A model generated the notes under the pieces. The model saw nothing but the letters and a program-made list of their open reading frames with translations. It did no database searches and was not told the DNA's origin. Shown piece by piece: positions 26,244-35,870 of a stretch of 64,000 nt of DNA. The stretch comes from an uncultured bacterium (lineage in GTDB: Bacteria > Eisenbacteria > RBG-16-71-46 > CAIMUX01 > WJJG01). Within the stretch, counting starts at the first letter, position 1; the number at the start of each line of letters is the position of its first letter. Where the stretch lies: positions 25,740 through 89,739 of the forward strand of contig CAYZWI010000007.1 of the NCBI GenBank assembly GCA_964482205.1, read 5' to 3'. Position numbers and translations under genes: made by a program.

Positions 26244-27266
26244 CTAGAAGTTCTCGATGCGCGTCGCGATGATCCCCTTCCAGTTCTCGACCCGCGCCAG
26301 ATACGCATCCAGCGAGACCTTCTCCACCTTCCCGCCCGCGTAGTAGCCCTCGAGCGGACGCGCGGCCGCGTGAATGATCATCGGCCCGCCCGCTTCCAGT
26401 TTGACGATTCCGATGTGGCCGATCATCCCGCCGTTTTCGCGCACGTGCCGGCCCGCATCGCTCTTCTCATCGGCCACGAAGAAGATCAGATCCCCATCCT
26501 GCAGGCGATCCTTGCGCACGTCCTTCTTGGGCACATACGAGACGCTGTCGGCGGGGTAGCGCGCGGTGCCCGCATGATCGAGCGTCGCCGGTCCGAGGTC
26601 CGCGGTGATGTCGCGTCCCCAGATGCCCGAGCGGACGATGTCCTCGCTGTAATGCAAGTAGACCGGGGCGCGATAGTCGACGCGGCCCTGGCCGTCGACG
26701 ACTTCTTCCAGGATGGCTCCATAGAAGCGCGTGCCGAAGGCGAACTGGACCGCTTCCAGCGCGCTGCTCGACCGGCCGAGCTCGGTGGCGCGATAGAAGA
26801 AGAGCACGCAATCGGTGTGGCAATCATCGATGAGACGGCCGTCTTTCGCGTAGCCGCCCTCGGCTTCGCCGAAGCGGTAGGCCGCATCGCCGCGTTTCCA
26901 GAAGTAGTCGGCCCAGGCGGCGATCTTGGCGCCCAACGAGAGACCGGCCCACTCGTCCATGAGCGAATCGATCACCGCGCTGCTCAGCGTGTGCTCGTTG
27001 TCCAGATTGAACTGCACCATCTTCTCGTACAAGTTCATCAACCTCGCCTGCGCGGCCGCTTCCTCCTGCTCGCTTCGCTGCGAGCCGGCCATCGATCGAT
27101 CGCTTGCCGCAGAAGCGCGATCGCTCAGGAGACCTTGGCGCTCCTGGGCGCCAGGGCCGTGCAGCCCGGCCAAGAGGGCCGCGGGCGCCAGGAGGACCAG
27201 GATCCCTATCCTCCACGCGGCGCGGCTCATCGGCGCCGCCCGGCGGATCCCGTCAGAACATGGCAT
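26244..27266 (-). CDS. secreted hypothetical protein with a papain-fold (NlpC/P60- or DUF1460-like) putative amidase/peptidase domain
   Basis: After the signal peptide (MSRAAWRIGILVLLAPAALLAG) there is a Cys block (DDCHTDCVLFFYRA) and a His block (GDLIFF...GHIGIV), resembling NlpC/P60 GDLxFF/GHVGIY. The start is ATG 27266 (GAGGAG 5 nt upstream). The family assignment is tentative. Confidence 0.5.
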   Translation of the reverse strand: MPCSDGIRRAAPMSRAAWRIGILVLLAPAALLAGLHGPGAQERQGLLSDRASAASDRSMAGSQRSEQEEAAAQARLMNLYEKMVQFNLDNEHTLSSAVIDSLMDEWAGLSLGAKIAAWADYFWKRGDAAYRFGEAEGGYAKDGRLIDDCHTDCVLFFYRATELGRSSSALEAVQFAFGTRFYGAILEEVVDGQGRVDYRAPVYLHYSEDIVRSGIWGRDITADLGPATLDHAGTARYPADSVSYVPKKDVRKDRLQDGDLIFFVADEKSDAGRHVRENGGMIGHIGIVKLEAGGPMIIHAAARPLEGYYAGGKVEKVSLDAYLARVENWKGIIATRIENF

Positions 27267-27380
27267 GATCGCTCCTCGCCCCATTCCCCGTGCGCGCGCT
27301 CGCGCTCGAAAGGGCCTCGTCCGTTCCAGCTGCGCCTGCGTCCCGTTTCCCGAAAGGGGAAGAAAACCACTCGCGGGCGC

Positions 27381-29534
27381 TCACTGCAACTTGATCAACT
27401 TCCCGGAGAAGCGTTGTGTTCCGGCCGTTGCGGTCACGAGATAGAGGCCGTTGGCCACCGGCTGGCCGCGCTCGTCCCGGCCGTCCCAGTGCCAGATCAG
27501 GCTCTGCTCGCCTCCCGTGCCGATGACCGGGAGCGGAGCGGGAAGCCTGCGGATCAATTGCCCGTGCACGCTGAGCACGAGCAGATAGGCGCCTCCCTCC
27601 AGGGAAGCGCCGCCAGGAGGCGCGCCCGCCGTCGCATTCGGATTCGCTCCTCCGCTCCCCCGCTTGCCGGAAGCGACGGCTTCCGCATTCTCGGGGCTCA
27701 ACACGCAGCGCAGCACGACCGTCTCTCCGAAGGGATTCGGCGATGCGTGCAGCGGTTCGAGGGCGGCGAGGATGCGATCCTCTTCCGGCAGTTGCGCGGC
27801 GAAGAGCCCGAAGCGATAGGTGCCTAGCAGGAGACGGCGATGGACGAGATCGATCGCCATGCTCGTCACTGAAAGAGGCGCCGGCACCGGCAACGCTTCC
27901 CACGAATGCCCGCGATCGCGCGAAGCGTACACGCCGTCGGCCGCGCGCGCGAACAGCCAATCGTGGCCCAGCGGAGCGAGCGCCCACTCCAGGATGCGCT
28001 TTCCATCGAGAGCCCTCGCGGCTCCCTGCTCGTCGAAAGGCGCCTGCAAGGCCGTCTGGGCGGCGAGCAGGGAATCGGCCCAGGCTCCGGCCGGCTCGCA
28101 CTCGAACGCGCCTTCCCCTTCGCGCAGCGCATACGCGCCCAGGTCTGTGCCGAGAAGAATCGCGGCCGCCTCCGCCTTCCCCGATGATCTCCACCCGGTC
28201 GGGCCGGCTCCTTCTTCCGCGCCGGGCGACGACACCAGGCGGATCGACTCGACAGACACGCGGCGAAGGCCTCGGTTCTCGTAGCGCCAACTCAGGCCGC
28301 CGTCGTCCGCGCTCAAGATTCCCCGGGAGCTCGCCAATCGAACCTGCTCGCCGTCCGTGGCCAGCGCGCGAAACCGGGCCGGCTCTTCCGACAAACGGCG
28401 TTCCCAGCTTGCTCCCCGGTCCGCGCTTCTCAGGAGCAGGCCCGCGCGCGTCACGGCGAGCAGGATGCGCCCGCCGGAAAGGCACGCGAGCGCGCGCACT
28501 TCATCGGCGCTTTCCTCCTCATGCGGCGCAAGGCGGCCGCACAATTGCCAGCTCTGCGCTCCATCCGCGCTTCGAAACACCCGGTCGGCGGTCGCGGCGT
28601 ACCACAGACCGCTGCTGTCCGGAACCGGCGCGATCGTGCGCGTCTCTTTCGGCAGCCCGTTCTCCACGGGGAAGGCGAGATGCCCTCCGTCGAGGCTCGC
28701 GTACAGCCCTTCCCATTCCGTGAGAAGGAAGAGCGTCCCATGCGGGCTTCGCCACGCTCCGCGAAGCGTGTATCCCGCCTCGCTCGATTCCGCCCCCGGC
28801 TCGAAGGCGATGCGCCACGCGCGCGAATTCGAGAGGGCGACCTCGAACACCTCGCCCTCGCGCGTGATCAAGGAGACGGGACCATTCGCGCCCCGCGATG
28901 GGCCGGGCAGGAGCGCGACGCAGGCGCGCGCGGCCGAGCAAGGGACGGTTCCCAGCTTGCGAAAGCCGGAAGGCAAGAGCCGCTCGACGGAAGGGCCTTC
29001 CGCGCAGGATGGGATGCGCACGCGGACATGGCTGGCGAGCGAAGCGCCGCGAATCGCCTCCGCGGGATCGACTTCGAAGAGGACGCCGTCGGAGGTGAGG
29101 AGCAGAAGATCGGAGCCGCTCCCCGCCATGCTTAGGACGGCTCCCGCCTGGCCTTGGGCGCCCGGCACGGCGAGAAGCTCCCAGCCTCCTCCCGCCGCGC
29201 CCCCGGCCGGTTCCCACAGGCAGAGTTCGCCGTCGGTCGTGCGGGCGGCCCAGCGGCCGGCGCCGAGGCTGCGGATGTCGGCGGCATCCGCGCCTTCCGG
29301 GCCGAGAGGCTGGAACGACCACGGAGAATCGGGATGCGAAGAGGCCTGCGCACCGCACGCCAGGAAGAGAAGCAGGAAGAGCAGGCCCAGCGATGGGATG
29401 GCTACGGAGAGAAGGCGCGAGAAGCCGCCATGAAGATCGAGGCGGGCCGGCCGCCCAGGCAGCGAGGGCCGGCGGCCGCGACCGGGCGGACGCGCGCTCG
29501 AAAGACGCCGCCGACCTCGGATGGCATCCGGCAT
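27381..29534 (-). CDS. secreted BNR/Asp-box beta-propeller-repeat protein with a C-terminal T9SS (Por) sorting domain
   Basis: There are multiple S-x-D-x-G-x-S-W Asp-box motifs (SADGAQSW, SADRGASW, SADDGGLSW, SRDRGHSW). The C-terminal roughly 90 aa (NPFGETVVLRCVLS ... GLYLVTATAGTQRFSGKLIKLQ) matches the Por_Secre_tail pattern. A strong GGGAGG RBS precedes ATG 29534. Confidence 0.7.
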   Translation of the reverse strand: MPDAIRGRRRLSSARPPGRGRRPSLPGRPARLDLHGGFSRLLSVAIPSLGLLFLLLFLACGAQASSHPDSPWSFQPLGPEGADAADIRSLGAGRWAARTTDGELCLWEPAGGAAGGGWELLAVPGAQGQAGAVLSMAGSGSDLLLLTSDGVLFEVDPAEAIRGASLASHVRVRIPSCAEGPSVERLLPSGFRKLGTVPCSAARACVALLPGPSRGANGPVSLITREGEVFEVALSNSRAWRIAFEPGAESSEAGYTLRGAWRSPHGTLFLLTEWEGLYASLDGGHLAFPVENGLPKETRTIAPVPDSSGLWYAATADRVFRSADGAQSWQLCGRLAPHEEESADEVRALACLSGGRILLAVTRAGLLLRSADRGASWERRLSEEPARFRALATDGEQVRLASSRGILSADDGGLSWRYENRGLRRVSVESIRLVSSPGAEEGAGPTGWRSSGKAEAAAILLGTDLGAYALREGEGAFECEPAGAWADSLLAAQTALQAPFDEQGAARALDGKRILEWALAPLGHDWLFARAADGVYASRDRGHSWEALPVPAPLSVTSMAIDLVHRRLLLGTYRFGLFAAQLPEEDRILAALEPLHASPNPFGETVVLRCVLSPENAEAVASGKRGSGGANPNATAGAPPGGASLEGGAYLLVLSVHGQLIRRLPAPLPVIGTGGEQSLIWHWDGRDERGQPVANGLYLVTATAGTQRFSGKLIKLQ

Positions 29535-29915
29535 CCCGACCTCCCTTCCACGCCGTGCGGAAGTCTAGTTTCGCTTCCAGCCTTCTCGCAAGCGCTTTTG
29601 CCCGAGCGGGCGCGAGCAGGCGCCCTCGGCGCCGCGTGGAGGGAGCCGCGTGACCCCTGCAGCGTGGCTCTTCCCGAGCGGCAGCGCGCGGTCCGGTCCA
29701 TGGCTGCGCCTCGCTTGACCCTGTCGCAAAACGGCTGATAGTGTTCGGAAACTCGAGCCATGGGGAACGCGCGGACCCATTCGCTGATCGTCCGCGCAAG
29801 CGGCCGCGAACGTCGATTCGATTGGAATGGCCGGCCTCCGGCCGGGAATCGACCGGCCGACTCACGGGAGAGGTTCACGGGCGGCCGGGCGCCCGGCACG
29901 CGAGGGATCGAGCAG

Positions 29916-31310
29916 ATGTCATTGCCCTTCGATCGCTCGCTCGCGTCCCGGGGATCGCGTCCCCGTTTCCTGCTCTTCATCGTCATCGCGCTCGTTCTTC
30001 TGCGATGGTGGCTCGGCTCCCTTCCGGGCTACCCGCCCGATTTGCATGCCTACAAGCAGTGGGCCCTGGTCGCCGGCACCGAAGGCGTGCACACGATCTT
30101 CGATCGATCCTCGTACGATTATCCGCCCCTCTATGCGTATCTGCTCGCCCCGTTCGGCTGGCTCTATGCGACCCTCGCTCCCGGCGCGATCACGGATTTC
30201 GAGTCCACGAGGCGATTCGGCGATTCGGCGCTCTTCTCGATTCTGGTCAAGATTCCTCCGCTGGCTTTCGACATTCTGCTCGCCTTTCTGCTCGCCGTGC
30301 TGGCGTGGCGTTTTCGCCTCTGGGAGACGGACACGAAACGCGGGTGGCTTCCCGCGCTCCTCTATCTCTGCCTGCCTCCCGTCCTGTTCAACTCGGGCTA
30401 CTGGGGGCAGCCCGATGTGGTCCATACCTTCTCGATCCTGCTGTCGCTGGCGTTGATCCTGGCCGGCAAGGCGGAACTCGGTTGGGTGGCCGCCGCGCTC
30501 GCCTGCATGATGAAGCCGCTCGCGACTCCCTTTCTTCCGCTGCTCGCCTGCGCGACGCTGGCCTGCAGCGGATGGAAGCGCATGTTGCGAGGATGGGCCG
30601 CGGGGCTGGCAGCGGCAGTGCTCGTTCTCGCGCCTTTCTTCCTCACCGGGCGCGGCGAGCGCGTGGTCTCCCGCCTCGTCGGCGATGTCGATCTGATGCC
30701 TTTCGCTTCGGTGAACGGCCACAACCTGTGGTGGCTGCTCGCCCCCTGGAAGCCGGCCGAAGAGCCGTGGATCGGCCCTATCACCCGCACGCAGGCGGGA
30801 CTCGCGATCTTCGCGCTCGCGTATGCGGCGATTCTTCTTCTCGTCTATCGCGTCGAGCGCGGCCGCGCGCGGGGCTCGCTGCTGGCGCGGGGCCCGCGAC
30901 CGTTGAACGAGGAGATGCACTGGTTCTGGGCGGGCGCGGCCGTTCCGTGGGCGTTCTTCTCCTTCTCGACCCACATGCACGAGAACCACTTGTTCGGAGT
31001 GTTGCCGTTTCTCGTGCTCCTGGCGGGCAGAGGCAGGCGCTGGCTCGCGCTCTGTGCGCTCGTCGCGCTGGGCGTGGCGTTCAACATGGCCGTCCACGAC
31101 ATCGCCCTGGCCGAAGGCGTCTTTCGTCATTGGGGCGGCGCATCTTCCTTCTTCCATCCCGACATGGGCCGGATGCTCTCGCGCTTCGAATGGTGGGGAT
31201 CGACGCTCAACAGCCTGGCCCTGCTGGCGCTGCTGGCCCTCTTCTTCGTCTGGGGATTCCGGCGGCGTTTCGATGCCGGCTCGCGAATCGCCAGCGCGAG
31301 GATGCGCTGA
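29916..31310 (+). CDS. polytopic membrane protein, GT-C-fold glycosyltransferase-like (DUF2029 / PMT-ArnT-like)
   Basis: There are about 11 TM helices. The first extracytoplasmic loop carries the DYPPLYAYLL motif typical of DUF2029/GT-C enzymes. The start is ATG 29916 (MSLPFDRSLAS...). The ORF as given in the track begins at 29760. Confidence 0.55.
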   Translation: MSLPFDRSLASRGSRPRFLLFIVIALVLLRWWLGSLPGYPPDLHAYKQWALVAGTEGVHTIFDRSSYDYPPLYAYLLAPFGWLYATLAPGAITDFESTRRFGDSALFSILVKIPPLAFDILLAFLLAVLAWRFRLWETDTKRGWLPALLYLCLPPVLFNSGYWGQPDVVHTFSILLSLALILAGKAELGWVAAALACMMKPLATPFLPLLACATLACSGWKRMLRGWAAGLAAAVLVLAPFFLTGRGERVVSRLVGDVDLMPFASVNGHNLWWLLAPWKPAEEPWIGPITRTQAGLAIFALAYAAILLLVYRVERGRARGSLLARGPRPLNEEMHWFWAGAAVPWAFFSFSTHMHENHLFGVLPFLVLLAGRGRRWLALCALVALGVAFNMAVHDIALAEGVFRHWGGASSFFHPDMGRMLSRFEWWGSTLNSLALLALLALFFVWGFRRRFDAGSRIASARMR

Positions 31311-31314
31311 GCGA

Positions 31315-32244
31315 TCACGCGGTCGCGAGCAGCTCCTTCATCATGCGCGCATTCACGACCGCGTGCCCGGCGTGGCAGTTGTTGAAGAAGACATAGGTCT
31401 GGCGCGCGCCGTCGGCGAGACGGCGAATGGTCTCGGCCCACTCTTCCAGCTCCGCGGGCGCGTACAGGTAGTTGTAGCGCAGCCCTCCGCCCTTGTTCCA
31501 GTCGCGCGCGTTGCGCCCGTGCAACCGCACATACGCGACCTCGCCCACTCGCTCCGCCCAGCGGGGGATCAATCCGGGCAGATCAGGCTCGTCGATGGAA
31601 CAGAAGCCCAGCCCGGCATCGTCGAGCCGGGTGAGCGTCTCGGCGTTCTTCCACGAGTCGTGGCGGAACTCGACGAAGAGCGGCAGGCCGGGGAATGCAT
31701 CGCGCATCCAGGCGAGGTAACGGTGCGATTCGTCCTCCCGGCGAAAGGAAGGCGGAAACTGCGCCAGCGCACCGGTGAACCGCTCGGCCGCGCGCAACGG
31801 CTCGATCGTTCGAAAGAACCCTTCCACCGGCTCGGGGTCCCGGTCGCGCCGGTGGGTGACGCCGCCCGGAAGCTTGACCATGAAATGAAACCCGGGCGGA
31901 GTGCGCTTGATCATCCCTTGCATCGTGGAAGGAGGAGGAAGCCGGTAGTAGGTGGCGTTGATCTCGACGGTGGAGAAGGATTGCCGGTAAAAGTCGAGCA
32001 TTCGGCCGCGCGGAGTCCCGGCGGGATAGAAGGGCCCCACCCAATCGGCGAAGCTGTAGCCGGAGGTGCCGACGCGAATGGGCCCTTCCACGACCGGCGC
32101 AAGCGGCTCCGCGGGGCCCGGGGGATGGCGCGGCGCGCCTGCCCCTTGCGAAGGAGCATCGCCGGCGCCCGCATCCCGCGGCCCGATCGGGAAGAGATCG
32201 GGCTGGCGTTCATCGCTTCGCTCGCGTCGCCGACCGGCCATCAT
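31315..32244 (-). CDS. DUF72 (UPF0759, YecE-like) family protein, translationally coupled to dinB
   Basis: DUF72 blocks are present: IRVGTSGYSFADW, FYRQSFSTVEINATYYRLP, TPPGFHFMVKLPGGVTH and VRLHGRN. The ATG at 32244 overlaps the dinB stop (ATGA), and AGGAG lies 4 nt upstream. Confidence 0.75.
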   Translation of the reverse strand: MMAGRRRERSDERQPDLFPIGPRDAGAGDAPSQGAGAPRHPPGPAEPLAPVVEGPIRVGTSGYSFADWVGPFYPAGTPRGRMLDFYRQSFSTVEINATYYRLPPPSTMQGMIKRTPPGFHFMVKLPGGVTHRRDRDPEPVEGFFRTIEPLRAAERFTGALAQFPPSFRREDESHRYLAWMRDAFPGLPLFVEFRHDSWKNAETLTRLDDAGLGFCSIDEPDLPGLIPRWAERVGEVAYVRLHGRNARDWNKGGGLRYNYLYAPAELEEWAETIRRLADGARQTYVFFNNCHAGHAVVNARMMKELLATA

Positions 32245-33464
32245 CCGCTCCTCTGATTGCGCGGCGGTTGCCGCATCGCGCCCGCGGGCAGGATGCTGCG
32301 CGGCCCGTAGAGATCGCGAATCGTGTCCATCGCCTCGAGCCATTCGCGATAGCGGCGGTCTTCGGGAAAGAGCTTCAATTGTTCGCGTCCTTGCGTCACG
32401 ATCAATTCGCCCACGGTCACGCCGAGCAGGCGAACGCCTCCTCCGCAATAGTTCTCGCGAAAGAGATCGCGCGCCACGCGAAAGATCTCGCGCGTCTCCT
32501 GGGTGGGAGAGGCGATCACGCGCTGGCGGGTGAGCGTGCTGAAATCGCTGTAGCGAATCCGGATCGCGATCCGCCTGCCCGCGTACCCTTCCCGGCGCAA
32601 GTCCTCCCCCACGCGATCGGAGAGCGCGAGCACGAGCGAGAGGCCTTCGTCCAGCGTCTCCAGATCGCGTCCCACGGTGTGCTCGTGGCCGAGCGATTTC
32701 GCCGGAGCCGCTTCGTGGCTCGCAACCACCGGCGCATCGTCCCGGCCCCAAGCCATCGAAGCGAGCGCGTCTCCATAGACCCCGAAATGCCGATGGAGAA
32801 GATCGGGCGGCGTCTGGGCGAGATCGCCGATCGTCTCGATGCCGAAGATCATCAGCGAGGAAGAGGTCTTCGCTCCCACGCCGTAGAGATCGTCCACCGG
32901 CTTGGGCCAGAAATGGCGGCGAAACGATTCCTCGCCCATCACCATCACGCCGCGCGGTTTCTTCACGTTGGCCGCCATCTTCGCGATGAGCTTGTTGGGC
33001 CCCGCCCCCACCGAACAGGAAAGCCCGAAGGCCTGCTCGATGGAAGCGGCCGTCTCCCGGGCGAGATCCTCCAACTTCCCCCAGGCCGGCGATTCGGGGG
33101 AATTCCCGGTGGAGCCGATGCGATCGGTCACTTCGAGGAAGGCTTCGTCGATGCTGAACATCTCGACTTGCGGCGTGAAGGAAAGCAGATGGCGGAGGAT
33201 CCGCCTCGAGGTGTCGATGTAGAGCCCCGGATGGCAGGGCACGAACTGCGCCTCCGGACAGAGACGCCGGGCGACGGCGGCGGGCATGCCCGCGCGAATG
33301 CCGAACGCGCGCGCTTCGTACGAGGCGGACGCGACCACGCCCCGGCTCCCGGGCATGGCGCCGACCACCAGCGGAAGGCCCTTCAACGAAGGGCAGGCCT
33401 GCGCTTCGAGCGAGGCGAAGTAGGCGTCCATGTCCATGTGCAGGATGCTGCGCTGCCCGGGCAT
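32241..33464 (-). CDS. dinB: DNA polymerase IV (Y-family translesion polymerase)
   Basis: ILHMDMDAYFASLEA matches the palm motif (DMDxFFA). Catalytic blocks are SIDEAFLEV and VGAGPNKLIAKMAANVKKP, followed by the little-finger domain. A GGAGG RBS is present. Confidence 0.9.
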   Translation of the reverse strand: MPGQRSILHMDMDAYFASLEAQACPSLKGLPLVVGAMPGSRGVVASASYEARAFGIRAGMPAAVARRLCPEAQFVPCHPGLYIDTSRRILRHLLSFTPQVEMFSIDEAFLEVTDRIGSTGNSPESPAWGKLEDLARETAASIEQAFGLSCSVGAGPNKLIAKMAANVKKPRGVMVMGEESFRRHFWPKPVDDLYGVGAKTSSSLMIFGIETIGDLAQTPPDLLHRHFGVYGDALASMAWGRDDAPVVASHEAAPAKSLGHEHTVGRDLETLDEGLSLVLALSDRVGEDLRREGYAGRRIAIRIRYSDFSTLTRQRVIASPTQETREIFRVARDLFRENYCGGGVRLLGVTVGELIVTQGREQLKLFPEDRRYREWLEAMDTIRDLYGPRSILPAGAMRQPPRNQRSG

Positions 33465-33477
33465 CGCGTTCCTCCGG

Positions 33478-34293
33478 CTATCTCATCTCCCGGTACACGC
33501 CCATCACTCTTCCGAGAATCCTCGCGGGAGGCGAGGAGGCGTCGATCACGATGGGAGGAAAATCGGGGTTCTCCGCTTGGAGCACCACGCGCCCCGGCTC
33601 CCGGAACAAGCGCTTCACCGTGGCCTCGTCTCCGATCAAGGCGACGACGATGTCCCCGTCGGGCGGAGCGGAATCGCGCCGCACGAGCACGAGATCTCCC
33701 GGCAGGATGCCCGCCCCGATCATGCTCGTCCCTTGCACGCGCAAGGCGAAATCGCAGCCGAGGCGCGCGAGGCTGTCTCCGTCGAGATGTCCGGCGAGAT
33801 GCCCGCCGATGCGCTCGTCGACCTGCCCATCGATCTGCATATCGAACCGCTCATCGAAGCGCTCGTCGGCAAAGAGCGGCTCTCCGGCCGCAATTCTTCC
33901 GAGAATCGGGATTCCGCGAAATGCGGTGGATGAGCGAGGCGTTCGCGACGAGCGAAGCCCGGCGGACGAGCGAAGTGCCGGGGATGAATCGCGCGAGGAG
34001 GAAGCCCGTGCCGAAGATGAGACTCGCGCCGAGGAGACGATCGCGATTCCACGCGCCAGATTCTTGCGGCGATGGATGAGTCGCTCGCGTTCGAGAAGGC
34101 GAAGGTGATACTCCACCCCGTTCGTCGAGCGGATCCCGAAGCGCTGCCCGATCTCGCGAACGGTGGGCGGCGCGCCGGTGGCGCGACGAACCGCCTCGAT
34201 GAAAGCGAGGATGTCGTTCGACCGGCGAGGAACCCGCCCGGAATCGGAGCGCGGATGTCGCCGACCCGTCTTTCCGCGCGCTTTCGTTCCCAT
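33478..34293 (-). CDS. lexA: LexA repressor (S24 peptidase) with a long Ser/Arg-rich interdomain linker
   Basis: The N-terminal wHTH is TVREIGQRFGIRSTNGVEYHLRLLERERLI. The cleavage site is IAAGEP. The catalytic Ser is GTSM and the catalytic Lys is VKRL. The linker is SSARVSSSARASSSRDSSPALRSSAGLRSS. Confidence 0.85.
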   Translation of the reverse strand: MGTKARGKTGRRHPRSDSGRVPRRSNDILAFIEAVRRATGAPPTVREIGQRFGIRSTNGVEYHLRLLERERLIHRRKNLARGIAIVSSARVSSSARASSSRDSSPALRSSAGLRSSRTPRSSTAFRGIPILGRIAAGEPLFADERFDERFDMQIDGQVDERIGGHLAGHLDGDSLARLGCDFALRVQGTSMIGAGILPGDLVLVRRDSAPPDGDIVVALIGDEATVKRLFREPGRVVLQAENPDFPPIVIDASSPPARILGRVMGVYREMR

Positions 34294-34359
34294 CGTCCTG
34301 CCCTGCTTTCGTTCGATCGCTCGTGCCCCGCGCTCCTCTTCGACTCGAGAAGAGTCTAG

Positions 34360-34373
34360 TGAACATCTGTTCA
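34360..34373. promoter_or_regulatory. Cheo-type LexA box (TGAACATCTGTTCA, GAAC-N4-GTTC) about 68 nt upstream of lexA
   Basis: Read directly at about 34360-34373. It is palindromic in its half-sites. It lies in the lexA promoter region of the lexA-dinB-DUF72 operon. Confidence 0.6.
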
Positions 34374-34556
34374 GTTCCGCAAGGTGAATTTCAGGCCGGA
34401 AAGAACCCCTGAGCCGAAGAGGAAGAACCCCTCAATGTACTGGATGACAGGCGGTTGCAGGCAGCCGGGCGCGGCGCCGGCAGATCATGGCGAGACTCGC
34501 TGCGGGGCACGCTGGGCGGCGGGAAGCGGGACCGTGGGGGCAAGCCCCGGCCGCCG

Positions 34557-35870
34557 TCACTTGACCAGGAAGAGGCTCAACTCGGGAATGTAGGTGATCA
34601 GCATGAGGCCGACGAAGAGGACGAGCAGGAAAGGCAGGACCGACCCGTACACGCGCAGGATCGGCTGCCGGAAACGAAACGCCGAGATGAAGAGATTGAG
34701 GCCGAGGGGCGGAAGCATGAAACCGATCTCGAGATTCGCAAGGAAGATGATCCCCAGGTGGGTCAAGTCCACGCCGTAGCGCTGCGCGATCGGAATGATG
34801 AGCGGCAGGACGACGATCAATGCGCCGAAGACTTCGGTCACGCTTCCGATCACCAGCAGGAAGAGATTCAACGCGAGCAGGAAGACGAACCGGTTGGTGA
34901 TCAGCCCTTCGATGGCGGCGAGCAGGCGCATCGGCACTTCGGCGTCGACCAAATAGTTCGTCAATCCGAGCGCGCAGGCGAGCAGAATCAGGATCCCGCC
35001 GACGAGGACCATCCCCTCCGCCGCCACGCGCAGCAGATTGCGCCAGGGAATGTCGCGGTAGACGAAGACTTCCACCACGAGCGCGTAGAAGGCGGTGGCC
35101 GCGGCCGCTTCCGTGACCGTGAGGCGCCCTCCGTAGATCGCCCAGACCAGCAGAATCGGCAGCGGAATTTCCCAGATCGCCTCGCGCGCGGCGGCGATCA
35201 GTTCCCGGCTCGAGAAGCGCGTGGTCGCGCCCGCGCCATCGCGTCGCAGCCGGTACTGGGCGTAGATCGAGAGCAGCACGATGAGCAGGATGCCGGGAAC
35301 GATGCCGGCGACGAAGAGCCGGTCGAGAGTGGGCCCGGTGCCCACTTCCATGATGGCATTGCCCGCATTCTGCATGGCGACATAGCTGTAGATGATGAGC
35401 GCGAGACTGGGAGGAAAGAGGATCCCGAGGCTGCCTCCGGTCGTGAGCAGGCCGAGCGCGAAGCGTTCCTTGAAGCGATCGCGCAAGAGCGCGGGCATGA
35501 GCAGGCCGCCGAGGGCGATGATCGTGACCCCGCTCGCGCCCGTGAACGCGGTGAAGATCGCGCACGCGATCATGGCGACGATCGAGACCCCGCCGGGGAC
35601 CCATCCGAACGCCGCCCGGATCAAGCGCACGAGCCGGCGGGGCGTGCCCGCCTCGGCGAGCAGGAATCCCGCGAAGGTGAAGAGGGGAATGGCGACGAGC
35701 ATCGGTGAGCTCGTCAAGCGGCCCATCTCAATCACGACCGCGGCCGAGTTGATCCCGTTGCCCCAGAAGGCGACGAGCGCGACGAGGCCCAGCATGGTGA
35801 AGAGCGGCGTGCCCGCCAGCGCGAGCGCGGGAATCCCGATCCACGCGAGCAGCGTCCAGAGACCGCTCAT
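34557..35870 (-). CDS. dctM: TRAP transporter large permease subunit
   Basis: It is a 437-aa polytopic permease with typical DctM blocks (GIPALALAGTPLFTMLG ... LPLIIPIAQRYGVDLTHLGIIFLANLEIG). Confidence 0.9.
   Translation of the reverse strand: MSGLWTLLAWIGIPALALAGTPLFTMLGLVALVAFWGNGINSAAVVIEMGRLTSSPMLVAIPLFTFAGFLLAEAGTPRRLVRLIRAAFGWVPGGVSIVAMIACAIFTAFTGASGVTIIALGGLLMPALLRDRFKERFALGLLTTGGSLGILFPPSLALIIYSYVAMQNAGNAIMEVGTGPTLDRLFVAGIVPGILLIVLLSIYAQYRLRRDGAGATTRFSSRELIAAAREAIWEIPLPILLVWAIYGGRLTVTEAAAATAFYALVVEVFVYRDIPWRNLLRVAAEGMVLVGGILILLACALGLTNYLVDAEVPMRLLAAIEGLITNRFVFLLALNLFLLVIGSVTEVFGALIVVLPLIIPIAQRYGVDLTHLGIIFLANLEIGFMLPPLGLNLFISAFRFRQPILRVYGSVLPFLLVLFVGLMLITYIPELSLFLVK

Noticed and set aside
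27253-29433. Several 300-400-aa plus/minus ORFs (27253..28485, 27743..28723, 28357..29433) over the BNR/T9SS gene
   Set aside because: They are Arg/Ala/Pro-rich frame noise. Only the 27381..29534 frame carries Asp-box repeats, a signal peptide and a CTD.
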